Below are positions 22,979 to 33,137 of a stretch of DNA of 64,000 nt, in pieces. The DNA is taken from assembly GCA_963758525.1 (NCBI GenBank), contig CAVWVQ010000003.1:2176001-2240000 (forward strand), read 5' to 3'. This DNA comes from an uncultured Phycisphaerales bacterium. Its GTDB lineage: Bacteria > Planctomycetota > Phycisphaerae > Tepidisphaerales > Tepidisphaeraceae. The position numbers and the translations under genes were made by a program. The notes under the pieces were generated by a model. The model was given only the letters and a program-made list of their open reading frames with translations, was not told where the DNA came from and ran no database searches. Each line of letters starts with the position of its first letter. The stretch's first letter is position 1.

Positions 22979-23036
22979 TTGGCGGCGGAGTCTGACGACC
23001 GCGCAGGTGCGCCGGTTGCTTTCACTAAGGAAATTC

Positions 23037-23717
23037 ATGAATCGATTCACAGCCATCTTTTGCGCCGGTGCGCTGGCGCTTGCAGCCGGTCTTCTCTCCG
23101 GCGGGTGTCAAAAGGGCGATGCCGGCGATGGCGGCACGAAGGTTGCCGTCTACGATATCGACCGCGTTGCCCACGATTTGGGTTGGGCAACCGACATGCA
23201 GTCGAATATGGACGGGCTGAAAAAGAAGTTCGAGGAAGATCTCGCCCACTCGAAGGAGCAATACACCCAGCAGATCATCAATCAAAAAAAGCAGTGGGCG
23301 CCCAAGGATACCGACAAGCTTACGCCCGATCAGCAGCAGATTCTCAATTCCATGAACTCCTACGCCAGCCAGGTGCTCAATCAGCTCAATCAGAACGGCG
23401 TGCAGCAACTGGGAGCCTATCGGCAGCAGTGGATCATTCAGTATCACCAGGCACTGCGCCCGATTCTCGAACAGGTGGCCGAAGAGCGGAAACTGGCGAT
23501 GATATTTGAGAAGAATGACTCGATTCAGTACAGCCAGCCCTCGTCCGACATTACCGATGCGATCACCGACGCCGCCCGGGCGCACCCACCGGTCATCAAT
23601 CCCGTCCAGGTGCCGCAGTTGCCCAATCCGGGTCCGATGACGATCAAGTGGCCTGATACGCAGCCGACGTCCAAGCCGGCGCAACCCGCCGCGCCTGCGG
23701 CTCCCGCGCCGCAATAA
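23037..23717 (+). CDS. OmpH/Skp family chaperone, predicted lipoprotein
   Basis: Lipobox LSGGC, KVAVYDIDRVA, Gln-rich coiled coil, VAEERKLAMIF...DITDAI. Confidence 0.75.
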   Translation: MNRFTAIFCAGALALAAGLLSGGCQKGDAGDGGTKVAVYDIDRVAHDLGWATDMQSNMDGLKKKFEEDLAHSKEQYTQQIINQKKQWAPKDTDKLTPDQQQILNSMNSYASQVLNQLNQNGVQQLGAYRQQWIIQYHQALRPILEQVAEERKLAMIFEKNDSIQYSQPSSDITDAITDAARAHPPVINPVQVPQLPNPGPMTIKWPDTQPTSKPAQPAAPAAPAPQ

Positions 23718-23762
23718 GCCGGGGCGCGGGCCGGAATTTCGCGGTTCAATCCCCATGAAACC

Positions 23763-25904
23763 ATGATAGTCCGGGACAAGCTCACGTCCGTGCTGGCCGC
23801 GGCGGACGACGCGCCGTATTTCCCTTCCGACGCGTACGAACAACGCCTGGGTCTCTTCCTGGTCCGCGGCGCCGCGCTAGTTCTCCTTGCGGTGATGGCC
23901 CACCTGCTGGGAATCGAGTCTCCCTGGATCTGGACGGATCATCGCGCCATCGCCGACAACATTCTGCTCCACTCGGCGCGCGGAATGGCCCAGTTCTGGT
24001 TTCATCCGTTTGCCACCGGCCGCACTCCGCTGGGAGGGACGCTGCTCTACTTGCAGTATCTTGCTCCAGCGATGCTGGCGCCCGCCGCCATCTATCACCT
24101 CACGACGCTGCTGGCCCATGCCGGAAACTGCCTGCTGGTCTGGGTGATTCTCAGGCGTCTGCAAACGCCCGGGGCCTGGCTCGCCGCCGCGATCTTTGCC
24201 GTGCATCCGATCGAAGTGCAGTCGATCGGCTGGGCGAGCCGCCAGGCCGATGTCCTGGGCGCGACCGCCGGACTCGCGTCTCTGCTCTGCTTCCTGAAGT
24301 TGAAGGAGATTCATCCTCCCGCTCCGCCGGATTTTGGCGTGGCGCCGCCAAACGAAAGGCGCCTGCGCATCACGATGACCCTGCTGTTCGTCGCGGCGGC
24401 GTTGTTCCAGCCGTCGATCGTCACCCTCGCCGGCGTCTTCCCGCTGATCCTCTGGTGGAAGCGCGGCAAGGTCGAGCGGGAAGACCTGACGGAGCTCGCT
24501 CCCATCCTTGCGTTTGCCGGGCTGCTGGCCGCCATCGGGCTGGTCTACCCCGAGTTTCACCACGAGGGAGGGCCTGCCGCCGCCCTCAATCCGCTCGATC
24601 GGCTCATCGTCTCCGGCCGCGCGGTCTGGTTCTACGTCGAAACCATCCTCTGCCCGCAACCCCTGCTGTTCGTCTACCCGCGGTGGGAACTCACCGGCGA
24701 CCTATGGATGTTGGTCTTCTCGCTGGCGCTGGCGGCGGTAATCACCGCGATGTGGCGCACGCGCAATCGGCTCGGCTCGGGGCCGCTGGTGGCGGTCGCC
24801 GCTTTTATCATTCTGATCCTGCCGCATCTTCCCTTCGTGCGTTCCGAGTGGATGGGCTACACCTTTGTCGCCGACCATTTGCAATATCTCCCGGGCATGC
24901 CCCTCATCGCCCTGTTCGCCGCCAGTTTGACACGATTGGCAGACCTGATTCGGTGGATTCCCCTCCGGCGCGGCGCGCGGCTCGCGGGGATAGGGCTGGT
25001 CGTCGCGGGGCTCGGCACCCTCGCCGTCTTCAACACCCTGATCTATGCCAGCGAAGTTGCGGTCTGGAAGTACACGCTCGAGAATGACCCCCTGTCGCTC
25101 ACGGCGCGGGCAGTTCTCTCGGAGTATTATCTGCGGCTTGGCAAGCTCACCAGCGCCGATCAATTCCGCTGGAACGTCCTGGATCGAATCGAGCGGATGA
25201 CAAGCCACGGCGGCGCCGACGCCGGCGCGACCGTCATGATCCAGATGTCGCGCGCCTCCTTCTTCGAATCGCAGCAGCAATACACTCAGGCAGCGAAAAT
25301 CTACCGGCAGGTGCTCTCGATCGATCCCCGCAACCATGAAGCGGCGATCCGACTGGCCCTGGCATACAAGCGGAGCGGCGACGTCGCCAACGCCCTGCGC
25401 AGTTTCGCGGACGCGGCTCTCCACTACCCCACCGACGACGCGCTGCTCAACGAATACGGCCTCGCCCTCGTCGAGAGCGGCCGAATCGACGACGGCATCG
25501 AGAAATACCGCGACGCCATCCGCCTGAATTACAATTTTGTCGCCGCCCATCTCAATCTGAGCAACGCCCTCTTCGCCCAGGGCAAATTCCCGGAGGCGGC
25601 CGAGCAGCTGCACATTGCCGTGCAGATCGACCCGCGCAGCTTCGAGGCGTTCATGAACGCCGGGATCATGCTCGCCAATCTGAAAAACTACCCTGCCGCC
25701 GAACGCCAGTTCAAGGCCGCCGTCCAACTCCACCCCGACTCCGCCGAGGCCCGCGACGACCTCGGCGTCAGCCTGGCCGCACAGGGATACCTCGACGAGG
25801 CGATTGACAACTTCATCCAGGCCATCCGCCTCAAGCCCGATTTCCAACACGCACGCGATGACCTCGCCAGAGCCCAGGCCGAGCGCGACGCGAAACGGCA
25901 CTGA
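23763..25904 (+). CDS. TMTC-like GT-C membrane protein with C-terminal TPRs (putative protein O-mannosyltransferase-like)
   Basis: IFAVHPIEVQSIGWAS, VADHLQYLP, multiple TPRs. Confidence 0.8.
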   Translation: MIVRDKLTSVLAAADDAPYFPSDAYEQRLGLFLVRGAALVLLAVMAHLLGIESPWIWTDHRAIADNILLHSARGMAQFWFHPFATGRTPLGGTLLYLQYLAPAMLAPAAIYHLTTLLAHAGNCLLVWVILRRLQTPGAWLAAAIFAVHPIEVQSIGWASRQADVLGATAGLASLLCFLKLKEIHPPAPPDFGVAPPNERRLRITMTLLFVAAALFQPSIVTLAGVFPLILWWKRGKVEREDLTELAPILAFAGLLAAIGLVYPEFHHEGGPAAALNPLDRLIVSGRAVWFYVETILCPQPLLFVYPRWELTGDLWMLVFSLALAAVITAMWRTRNRLGSGPLVAVAAFIILILPHLPFVRSEWMGYTFVADHLQYLPGMPLIALFAASLTRLADLIRWIPLRRGARLAGIGLVVAGLGTLAVFNTLIYASEVAVWKYTLENDPLSLTARAVLSEYYLRLGKLTSADQFRWNVLDRIERMTSHGGADAGATVMIQMSRASFFESQQQYTQAAKIYRQVLSIDPRNHEAAIRLALAYKRSGDVANALRSFADAALHYPTDDALLNEYGLALVESGRIDDGIEKYRDAIRLNYNFVAAHLNLSNALFAQGKFPEAAEQLHIAVQIDPRSFEAFMNAGIMLANLKNYPAAERQFKAAVQLHPDSAEARDDLGVSLAAQGYLDEAIDNFIQAIRLKPDFQHARDDLARAQAERDAKRH

Positions 25905-26032
25905 CGCCCTCCGTTCATTCATTCAGACGCCAGCCTCGCTGGCAAAGCTTTTCGCGGAACTGCGGAAGGCCTGTTCAGCGAAAAACGGGGACTTGCGTGG
26001 CGCAGAACGCTGGTCCCAATGAGGGCGCTGAT

Positions 26033-26061
26033 TTGCCGCCCGGTGGTTCCGCCTCTACAAT
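26033..26061 (+). promoter_or_regulatory. Putative sigma70 promoter of the small gene pair
   Basis: TTGCCG-17 nt-TACAAT. Confidence 0.5.
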
Positions 26062-26109
26062 CGGCTGTTGGGAAAGTTGCGCGGCGGCGCCGCAGTCGAG
26101 AGTTCTCCG

Positions 26110-26337
26110 ATGCAGATGGTGAAAATTCGGATCATTGATGGCGAGAAGCGAGCTGACGCGCTCCTGGCGTTGATGCGCCGTGGCCGGGTTGTCTGCTTCC
26201 CCGATAACGTCTTCATCGTGCCTGAGCCAGGACTGACCCTTCTCCAGGGGATGGCGGTTTCATTTGAAGAGCTTGGCCGGGGGGGAATCGATTATGCCGA
26301 GAAGGCGTTACGAGATTCTGTTACCGCTCCGGCATAA
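26110..26337 (+). CDS. Small hypothetical protein (first gene of overlapping pair)
   Basis: 75 aa ORF with globular composition, downstream of promoter, overlapping next gene. Confidence 0.6.
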   Translation: MQMVKIRIIDGEKRADALLALMRRGRVVCFPDNVFIVPEPGLTLLQGMAVSFEELGRGGIDYAEKALRDSVTAPA

Positions 26338-26608
26338 CGATGGCCGTCCCATGGAGGCCGAAAGGTTCGATCAGACCCGCCAAGATTTGATTCTCCGCTT
26401 TGGAGCTGTCTCTTTTCATCCCAATTCGATTTTTGGCATTTGGGTCCACGAGGGAACCCGATACGAGGATGAACTGATCCGCTTGGTGGTCGATGTCGAA
26501 GATGCGCCGGAAACCCGGCGGTATTTTGTTGAGTGGAAGCCAACGCTTTTGGAGCGGTTCGAACAGATCGAGATCTATATTGCCTCGTACCCCATCGATA
26601 TCCTGTAG
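26294..26608 (+). CDS. Hypothetical protein, probable ferredoxin-like/PII-like alpha-beta fold
   Basis: YEILLPLRHNDG...GIW...YEDELIRLVVDV...RFEQIEIYI; purine-rich RBS. Confidence 0.7.
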   Translation: MPRRRYEILLPLRHNDGRPMEAERFDQTRQDLILRFGAVSFHPNSIFGIWVHEGTRYEDELIRLVVDVEDAPETRRYFVEWKPTLLERFEQIEIYIASYPIDIL

Positions 26609-26990
26609 CGAGGAAACGCAGAACACGACGCCGGGGTGGTCGGATCGGTCTCGGTCAGATGGTTGTCAGCGGGCGCTGCGGCCGTGTTCGGCTGCGACGT
26701 TGCGGCCTGCGCCGGAGCCGTATCAGGAGAAACGGTCGCTTGCGTGGTTGCCGGCACTGGTCCGCCAAGCCCGGGCGGCTGCGCAAGCGAGGCGCCGGCG
26801 CAAACCGGCAGAAGGAGAACTCGCGTCAGCGATTTGCCCGCGGGGAAGACCGATTTGCCGCGCATAAAGATCCCCATCTGTCGACTTTCGATCGAACGGG
26901 AAAGTCCATCGTAGCGACCGGCCGGCACGGTTCCAGCAGGCGCTTTTTGTCAGGCGCTTTCGTCGACCCGTGTCTTCTTCTCTCATAGAG

Positions 26991-27064
26991 TTGCGGCGAA
27001 TAGCTGCTATTCGCCGCAATTTTTGCGGCGAATATCTTGATCGGGCCGGGAGTGCTCTTATAAT
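26991..27064 (+). promoter_or_regulatory. Triple 12-bp box (TTGCGGCGAATA) operator and sigma70 promoter of the Fic gene
   Basis: Boxes at 26991, 27008 (inverted), 27023; TTGATC-16 nt-TATAAT. Confidence 0.65.
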
Positions 27065-27070
27065 CGGCTC

Positions 27071-28177
27071 GTGCAGCGACGAACGAAATACATTCACCAA
27101 CGGGCCGATTGGCCCCAGCTCACCTGGGAAGACGCCGCGCTCTCTTCGGTGCTGGCGGACGTACGCCATCAGCAGGGCCGGCTGCTGGGCAGGATGGAGG
27201 CGCTGGGTTTTGATCTTCAGTCGGAAGCAAGCCTTGCGGTCATCACCAGCGACGTCGTGAAGTCGTCGGCCATTGAAGGGGAGATTTTCGACTCCGACGA
27301 AGTGCGGTCGTCCATCGCCCGGAGGCTCGGATTGCCGGAGGCAGGACTGAAAAAGGGGTCGCGCGATGTTGAGGGCGTGGTCGAGATGATGCTTGATGCG
27401 ACGCAGCGCTTCCACTCGCCGCTGACCAAAAGACGGCTGTTCGCCTGGCACGCCTCGCTGTTCCCGACCGCCCGCACCGGCATGGGGCGCATCGCGGTCG
27501 GAGGGTGGCGGAGCGGGCCGATGCAGGTGATCTCAGGGCGTTACGGGCGCGAGACGGTGCATTTCGAAGCGCCCGAGGCAGGCCGTCTGGAAGCGGAAAT
27601 GAGGCGATTCATTGACTGGTTCAATCTCCCGAGTGCAACCGACCCGGTTCTCCAAGCTGGGATCGCGCATTTTTGGTTCGTGACGATCCACCCCTTCGAG
27701 GACGGCAACGGGCGCATCGCCCGGGCCATCGCCGACATGGCGCTGGCACGCGCCGACCGAACCACGAACCGCTTCTACAGCATGTCGTCTGAAATTGAGG
27801 CTCGGCGGAAGGACTACTACTTCCAACTCGAAGCTTCCCAGCGTGGCGATGTGAATATCACACGATGGTTGGGCTGGTTCCTGGCCTGCCTCGGCAGCGC
27901 CATCAATAGCGCCGAACAAACGCTCGCAGCCGTGCAGTACAAGGCCAGGTTGTGGCAGCGCATCAACCGCGCTCCGGTGAACGATCGGCAGCGGCTGGTC
28001 ATCAACCGCATGCTCAACGGGTTTGTCGGCTTCCTCTCAACCTCGAAGTATGCCAAGCTTGCAAAATGTTCGACAGACACGGCTCTGCGCGACATCGGGG
28101 AACTGCTCGAGCGCGGCATCCTCGTGCAAAATTCCGGCGGCGGGCGAAGCACGAGCTATCGGCTTGCCGAGGTGTGA
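27071..28177 (+). CDS. Fic family protein (DUF4172 N-terminus, C-terminal HTH)
   Basis: HPFEDGNGRIAR canonical Fic motif, SSAIEGE, CSTDTALRDI...GGRSTSY. Confidence 0.95.
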   Translation: MQRRTKYIHQRADWPQLTWEDAALSSVLADVRHQQGRLLGRMEALGFDLQSEASLAVITSDVVKSSAIEGEIFDSDEVRSSIARRLGLPEAGLKKGSRDVEGVVEMMLDATQRFHSPLTKRRLFAWHASLFPTARTGMGRIAVGGWRSGPMQVISGRYGRETVHFEAPEAGRLEAEMRRFIDWFNLPSATDPVLQAGIAHFWFVTIHPFEDGNGRIARAIADMALARADRTTNRFYSMSSEIEARRKDYYFQLEASQRGDVNITRWLGWFLACLGSAINSAEQTLAAVQYKARLWQRINRAPVNDRQRLVINRMLNGFVGFLSTSKYAKLAKCSTDTALRDIGELLERGILVQNSGGGRSTSYRLAEV

Positions 28178-28273
28178 TCGCTGGGGTTCCGACAAAGGAT
28201 CATTCAATCGTGAGTCGACGCGCGCCTTGGCGACAGATGCAAGAGCCCGTTGGCTCCCCGCTGCGTATGCTCT

Positions 28274-29733
28274 TCATGGGCCGCCTTCGCTGAGCATCTT
28301 CACGTGATTCAAGACTCTGATGTGAATCCGGTGAATGATGAAATCCGACCAGAGCCGCCAGTATTCGGCCGGCCACATGTGATGCTGATACCACGTGGTG
28401 CCCTCGAGACGGGTGCGGCCCCCGGGGAGTGCGACCAGGCGAAATTGGCCGCCTTGCGACACCAAAAAATTCTCCAGGTGCGGCGGGTGGATGTCGTGCC
28501 ATGGGCTCCATTCCTTCATCGGTGGCGGATTCGACGCGACATCGAATTTGAGCAACTTCGGCTCGTCCCAGACGCGGATCGGTTCGACGAACGGGCCGGT
28601 GGAAAAGACGCAAAAACGCACCGCGCCCACGCCATGGCCGCTGATCTGTGCGCGGATCGGGTAGGCAACGCCGGTGCGGAAGATCCAGTCGGTGGGCGGG
28701 GGAATTTCCCGGAACCCGATCACATTCGCCCAGACGCGGCTCGGCGGCGCTTCGATTTCGACGGACGTGGTGACCGAATAGACCGGTGCCGGCGGTTGGG
28801 TCAACCGCTCGGCGCCGGTAAATAGCGGAAGGAAGCACAGCATGAGCAGCACGACGCGGCGCGCGTCCGCAATCCCGGTCGGGCGCATTGCGGCCATCGA
28901 CGCGCCAACCGCGGCTCCGAGCATCGCGAGCGGGTACGCCAGGGCGCAGCCATGATCAGGCATCCCGCCCCTTCAAATGCGATGAACAGGAGCAACACGC
29001 CGTAAGCGGTGAGGGACAGACACGCGACGCCGATGCACCCTCGCAGCCCGCGCGGCGTACGAGCCGCATAGAGCGCGGAAGACATCAACCCGATTGCGAA
29101 CGGCACCCCGACAAAGACGCCCCACCCATAATTCAAGAACCAGTGGATCGAAACGAACGTCGCCGCAAGTGCGATCGGCACCGGCAGCAATATCGCCAGT
29201 GCCTTGGCCGCGCCCGGATCAACCGGCAGAATGCGGTCGAACCACGGCTCCCGTTGCAAGGCATCGCGGCCGTAGTCGAGTACCGGTGCGACTGCGCCCC
29301 CAGAAGCGCAAGGCGCCTCGTTCCCAGGGGCGACCGCAGCGAGCGGAGGATCACGACGACTCGGCGTGCCGACCAGAACGACAAAGAGCGCGAGATTGAT
29401 CCCCGGGACGAAAAACAGCAGCGTCCAACCGGCGGACAAGCCGACCGCACGCAATCGCATCGCCGTCAGAGAGACCCCCGCGTAGATGAACGGAAGCGCG
29501 ATCAGGAGCATCGTGAGATAGAACGCCCGGTCGCCTCCACCGCCGAACAGCAGCGCCAACGAAGATCCCGGGGCAATATATTCTGCCGGCGACCACGACC
29601 GCCCGAACACCAGCCGCGACATCGACCAATCCGTCAGAAACTTCACGGCCAGCAGAACTGCGCCGAACGCGACATAGGGAATGCGGTCAATCGCTCCTCT
29701 GCAACGCAACAGCTTTCCGAGCGGGATGATCAT
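28274..29733 (-). CDS. DUF805-like membrane protein fused to SRPBCC-like domain (apparent frameshift near 28945)
   Basis: N-terminal RLRAVGLSAGWTLLFFVPG; EGAGCLIMAAP; C-terminal VTTSVEIEAPPSRVW...HRIHIRVLNH. Confidence 0.7.
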
Positions 29734-29818
29734 CGCGCGGGATTGTAGCGGCACAAGGGGACATTCTCGGCGTTAGTGATTTGTTCGCTATCTCGATCGG
29801 CGTTGCTAAAATGAGAAG

Positions 29819-30907
29819 ATGGCAGCCGCTGGCTCCAACATCTCGCTTGCCGTTCATGGCCGGGGCGCTGGGCTCAACCCGGCGAATCGTTTCGAGCCGA
29901 TCGCGTTTGAATTGGATGGCGATGCGCTCGACGCGCTTGCTCCCGACGAACGACCCGCGCCCACGACTCAATTTCTCCGCGACACCTCGAAGACCATTAT
30001 CGCCCACAACGACAGCCCCGACGTCGGCTTCAGCGACAGCATCAATGCCTACCGCGGCTGCGAGCACGGCTGCATTTACTGTTACGCCCGGCCCTCGCAT
30101 GAATACCTCAGCTTCTCGGCGGGTTTGGACTTTGAAACCAAGATCATGGTCAAGGAGCACGCTCCGCAGTTGCTGCGGGAGGCGATGATGGCGCCGAAGT
30201 ATCGGCCGACGACGCTGACGATGAGCGGCGTGACGGACTGCTATCAGCCGATCGAACGCAAACTCCGGCTGACGCGCGGCTGCCTGGAGGTAATGCTGGA
30301 GTTCGGCAACCCCGCGGCCATCATCACCAAGAATCATCTGGTGACGCGCGACATCGATCTGCTCTCCCAACTCGCGAAGCTCGATGCGGCAATCGTCCTC
30401 GTATCCGTCACCACGCTCGATCACGAGCTGGCCCGGAAGATGGAGCCGCGTACCAGCGCGCCGCGACGCCGATTGGCGGCGATTCGGGAGCTGAACGATG
30501 CCGGAATACCGGTCGGAGTGATGGTCGCACCGGTGATTCCCGGGCTGACGGATCATGAGATGCCCGCGATTCTCAAAGCCGCCGCGGACGCGGGCGCTCG
30601 CTGCGCGGCGTTCACCCCGGTTCGATTGCCGGGCGCTGTTGCTCCGCTGTTCGAGCAGTGGCTCACCGATCATTTTCCCGGCCGCAGGGAGAAGGTGCTC
30701 AATCGCATCCGCTCGATCCGCGGAGGAAAGTTGAACGATCCGAATTTCGGGAGCCGGATGAAAGGGCAGGGACCGTGGGCCGAGCAATTGAAAGCCATGT
30801 TCGACATCGCCAAGCGCAAGGCCGGGATCACCGGCGGTTTTCCCGAGCTTTCCGTAGCTCACTTTCGACGGCCCGGCGGGCCGCAGATGGAATTGTTTCC
30901 GCAGTAG
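29819..30907 (+). CDS. PA0069-family radical SAM protein (SplB-related)
   Basis: NAYRGCEHGCIYCYAR, SGVTDCYQPIE, MEPRT, APVIPGLTD. Confidence 0.92.
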   Translation: MAAAGSNISLAVHGRGAGLNPANRFEPIAFELDGDALDALAPDERPAPTTQFLRDTSKTIIAHNDSPDVGFSDSINAYRGCEHGCIYCYARPSHEYLSFSAGLDFETKIMVKEHAPQLLREAMMAPKYRPTTLTMSGVTDCYQPIERKLRLTRGCLEVMLEFGNPAAIITKNHLVTRDIDLLSQLAKLDAAIVLVSVTTLDHELARKMEPRTSAPRRRLAAIRELNDAGIPVGVMVAPVIPGLTDHEMPAILKAAADAGARCAAFTPVRLPGAVAPLFEQWLTDHFPGRREKVLNRIRSIRGGKLNDPNFGSRMKGQGPWAEQLKAMFDIAKRKAGITGGFPELSVAHFRRPGGPQMELFPQ

Positions 30908-31070
30908 CGAAATGCCCCTTGCGCTCTCCACGAATACTCGCTCCGCTGCGCGTCGCGGCTAACCGGTAAGGTCCTGCTCGCGGAAAATTCGTTGCCGGTT
31001 GCGAGTTGCCGATGGACGATATACGCTTCGTAACGGATGAGGCGAATGCCTCCGCTCGGCCTGATGGCGG

Positions 31071-31098
31071 TTGCCGTGGTGAGGATTCTCCTTATAAT
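31071..31098 (+). promoter_or_regulatory. Putative sigma70 promoter of ferredoxin
   Basis: TTGCCG-16 nt-TATAAT; AGGAG RBS downstream. Confidence 0.55.
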
Positions 31099-31140
31099 CC
31101 CACACCCCGCCCGACGCGGGTTTCGTTTCAGGAGTAGAAG

Positions 31141-31401
31141 ATGGCCCACATTATTGCCCAGCCGTGCATCGGCACGAAAGACACCGCTTGCGTGACGGTC
31201 TGCCCGGTCGATTGCATCCATCCCACGAAGGACGAGGGGGAATTCGCCGCCGCCGAGATGCTGTACATCGATCCGGACACCTGCATCGACTGCGGCCTGT
31301 GCGTGGATGAATGTCCGGTAACCGCCATCTTTCCCCAGGAAGATCTGCCCGCCGAGTGGGCATCTTTCATCGAGAAGAACGCCGCCTACTATAAGAAGTA
31401 A
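31141..31401 (+). CDS. Dicluster (7Fe-type) ferredoxin
   Basis: CIGTKDTACVTVCPVDCI and CIDCGLCVDECPV. Confidence 0.95.
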   Translation: MAHIIAQPCIGTKDTACVTVCPVDCIHPTKDEGEFAAAEMLYIDPDTCIDCGLCVDECPVTAIFPQEDLPAEWASFIEKNAAYYKK

Positions 31402-31435
31402 CACACACTGCGGGATCCCCTAAGGAATTTCGAAG

Positions 31436-31466
31436 TCGGGTTCGAAACGTTCGAGCCCGATTTTTT
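31436..31466 (+). terminator. Intrinsic terminator after ferredoxin
   Basis: TCGGGTTCGAA-ACG-TTCGAGCCCGA followed by T6. Confidence 0.75.
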
Positions 31467-31551
31467 ATTCACCGATGAGCCATTCGGGATGACTTCTTCC
31501 CTTGACGCGCCTGCGCCCGCAGTTAAATGCCGCCACTTTGCCCGGAGGACT

Positions 31552-31920
<369 letters not shown>

Positions 31921-31950
31921 TTCCGAATTGCCGACGATCTGAATGTTGCA

Positions 31951-31976
31951 GGGCGCCTCCGGGCGCCCTTTTCTTT
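31951..31976 (+). terminator. Intrinsic terminator after acidic-protein gene
   Basis: GGGCGCC-TCCG-GGCGCCC then TTTTCTTT. Confidence 0.7.
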
Positions 31977-32101
31977 GACGTGGCACTTCGCACAAAGAAC
32001 GGGAAATGCGGCAGGGCGGAATTTTGCGCGATCGGACGTACTTTTCCGGTGTTTGCCGCTAGCATGGCAGGGCGCCTGTTGGTACCGGCGCAAAGTTTCA
32101 C

Positions 32102-33009
32102 ATGTCATCTGCGAATTTGAAGATCGGTGTGGTCGCGGGGGCGCTCACGGCAGACGTGCGCAAGTCGCGCGAGTGGCGCGGCAGATGGGCTTCGCGGGCC
32201 TTGCGATCGATGCGGTTTCGTCATCGCTGGATGTCACGTCTCTTGCCGCCAGCGGTCGGCGCGAGCTTCGCCATCTCTTCGCTTCCGAATCGCAGCATCT
32301 GATTGGGCTGCGGGTTGATCTGGGCGCCAACGGCCTGACGCCCGGCGCCGATATCGATCACATTCTCAGCCGTCTCGAAGCGATCATGGAAGCCGCGGCC
32401 GGACTGGCGGCGCCGCTGCTCTGTCTTGATGTTGGCTTGCTTCCGGAGCCTGCCCGGATCATCCCACCCAAACCGGCCATCGCGGCCGAGCAGGCGGGAC
32501 TGATTTTGATTCCCGCGCCAGCTCAAGATCCTGCACCCTCGCATGAGGAGGAGGCGCCCCCCGATTCCGCGCATGTTTCGCTGGTTCATTCCGCTCTCGA
32601 TGAACTCGGCCGCCGCGCCGACCGCTTCAGCGTCACCGTCGCGCTGCGTTCGGGTCTCTCGTCGTTTGCATCGCTTCATGCGGTTTTGCGGTCTGCCAAC
32701 TGTCCCTGGTTTGGTTTGGATCTGGACCCGGCCGCAGTGATCGCCGATCGATGGACGGTGGATGAGATTTTCTCCGCCTTGGCCGCGGAGATTCGCCATG
32801 TCCGCGCCCGCGACGCACTTCGCGGCACCGATCATCGCACGCGGCCGGTTGTGATTGGCTCGGGAGCCACCGACTGGCCCGCCCTGCTCGCCTCCCTCGA
32901 CGCCGCCGGTTTTCACGGCTGGCTGACGATCGACCCCACCGACCTGTCCGACCGTCCCGGCGCCGCGGCAGAAGGAAGCGCGTACCTTCGAAGGGTCATT
33001 GCGCGGTAA
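32102..33009 (+). CDS. Sugar phosphate isomerase/epimerase-like TIM barrel (AP_endonuc_2), degenerate (apparent frameshift near 32165)
   Basis: MSSANLKIGV start; RQMGFAG, LDLDPA, IGSGATDWPALLASLDAAGFHGWLTID. Confidence 0.7.
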
Positions 33010-33059
33010 ACGGGAATTCGCGTTCGGAGGCGGTGGGGAAGGCGCGAGCACTGCGATGC

Positions 33060-33130
33060 GAAATCCGAATGACGAAACCAGAAGCCGGAATCAATTTGAT
33101 TCGGAATTCGGGTTTCGTCATTCGGGTTTC
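33060..33130. repeat. Heptamer-based inverted repeat (GAATGAC/GAAACCC family)
   Basis: GAAATCCGAATGACGAAACCAGAA ... TTCGGGTTTCGTCATTCGGGTTTC, 24-bp arms, 2 mismatches. Confidence 0.8.
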
Positions 33131-33137
33131 CCGAACC

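Noticed and set aside
26575..26865. Minus-strand ORF with signal-like start and Ala/Pro/Thr-rich body
   Set aside because: Could be a short secreted peptide or remnant, but it has no domain, overlaps the convergent gene and has an uncertain end
25905..28270. Prophage or integrative element around Fic and the small gene pair
   Set aside because: No integrase, transposase, tRNA or flanking direct repeats detected
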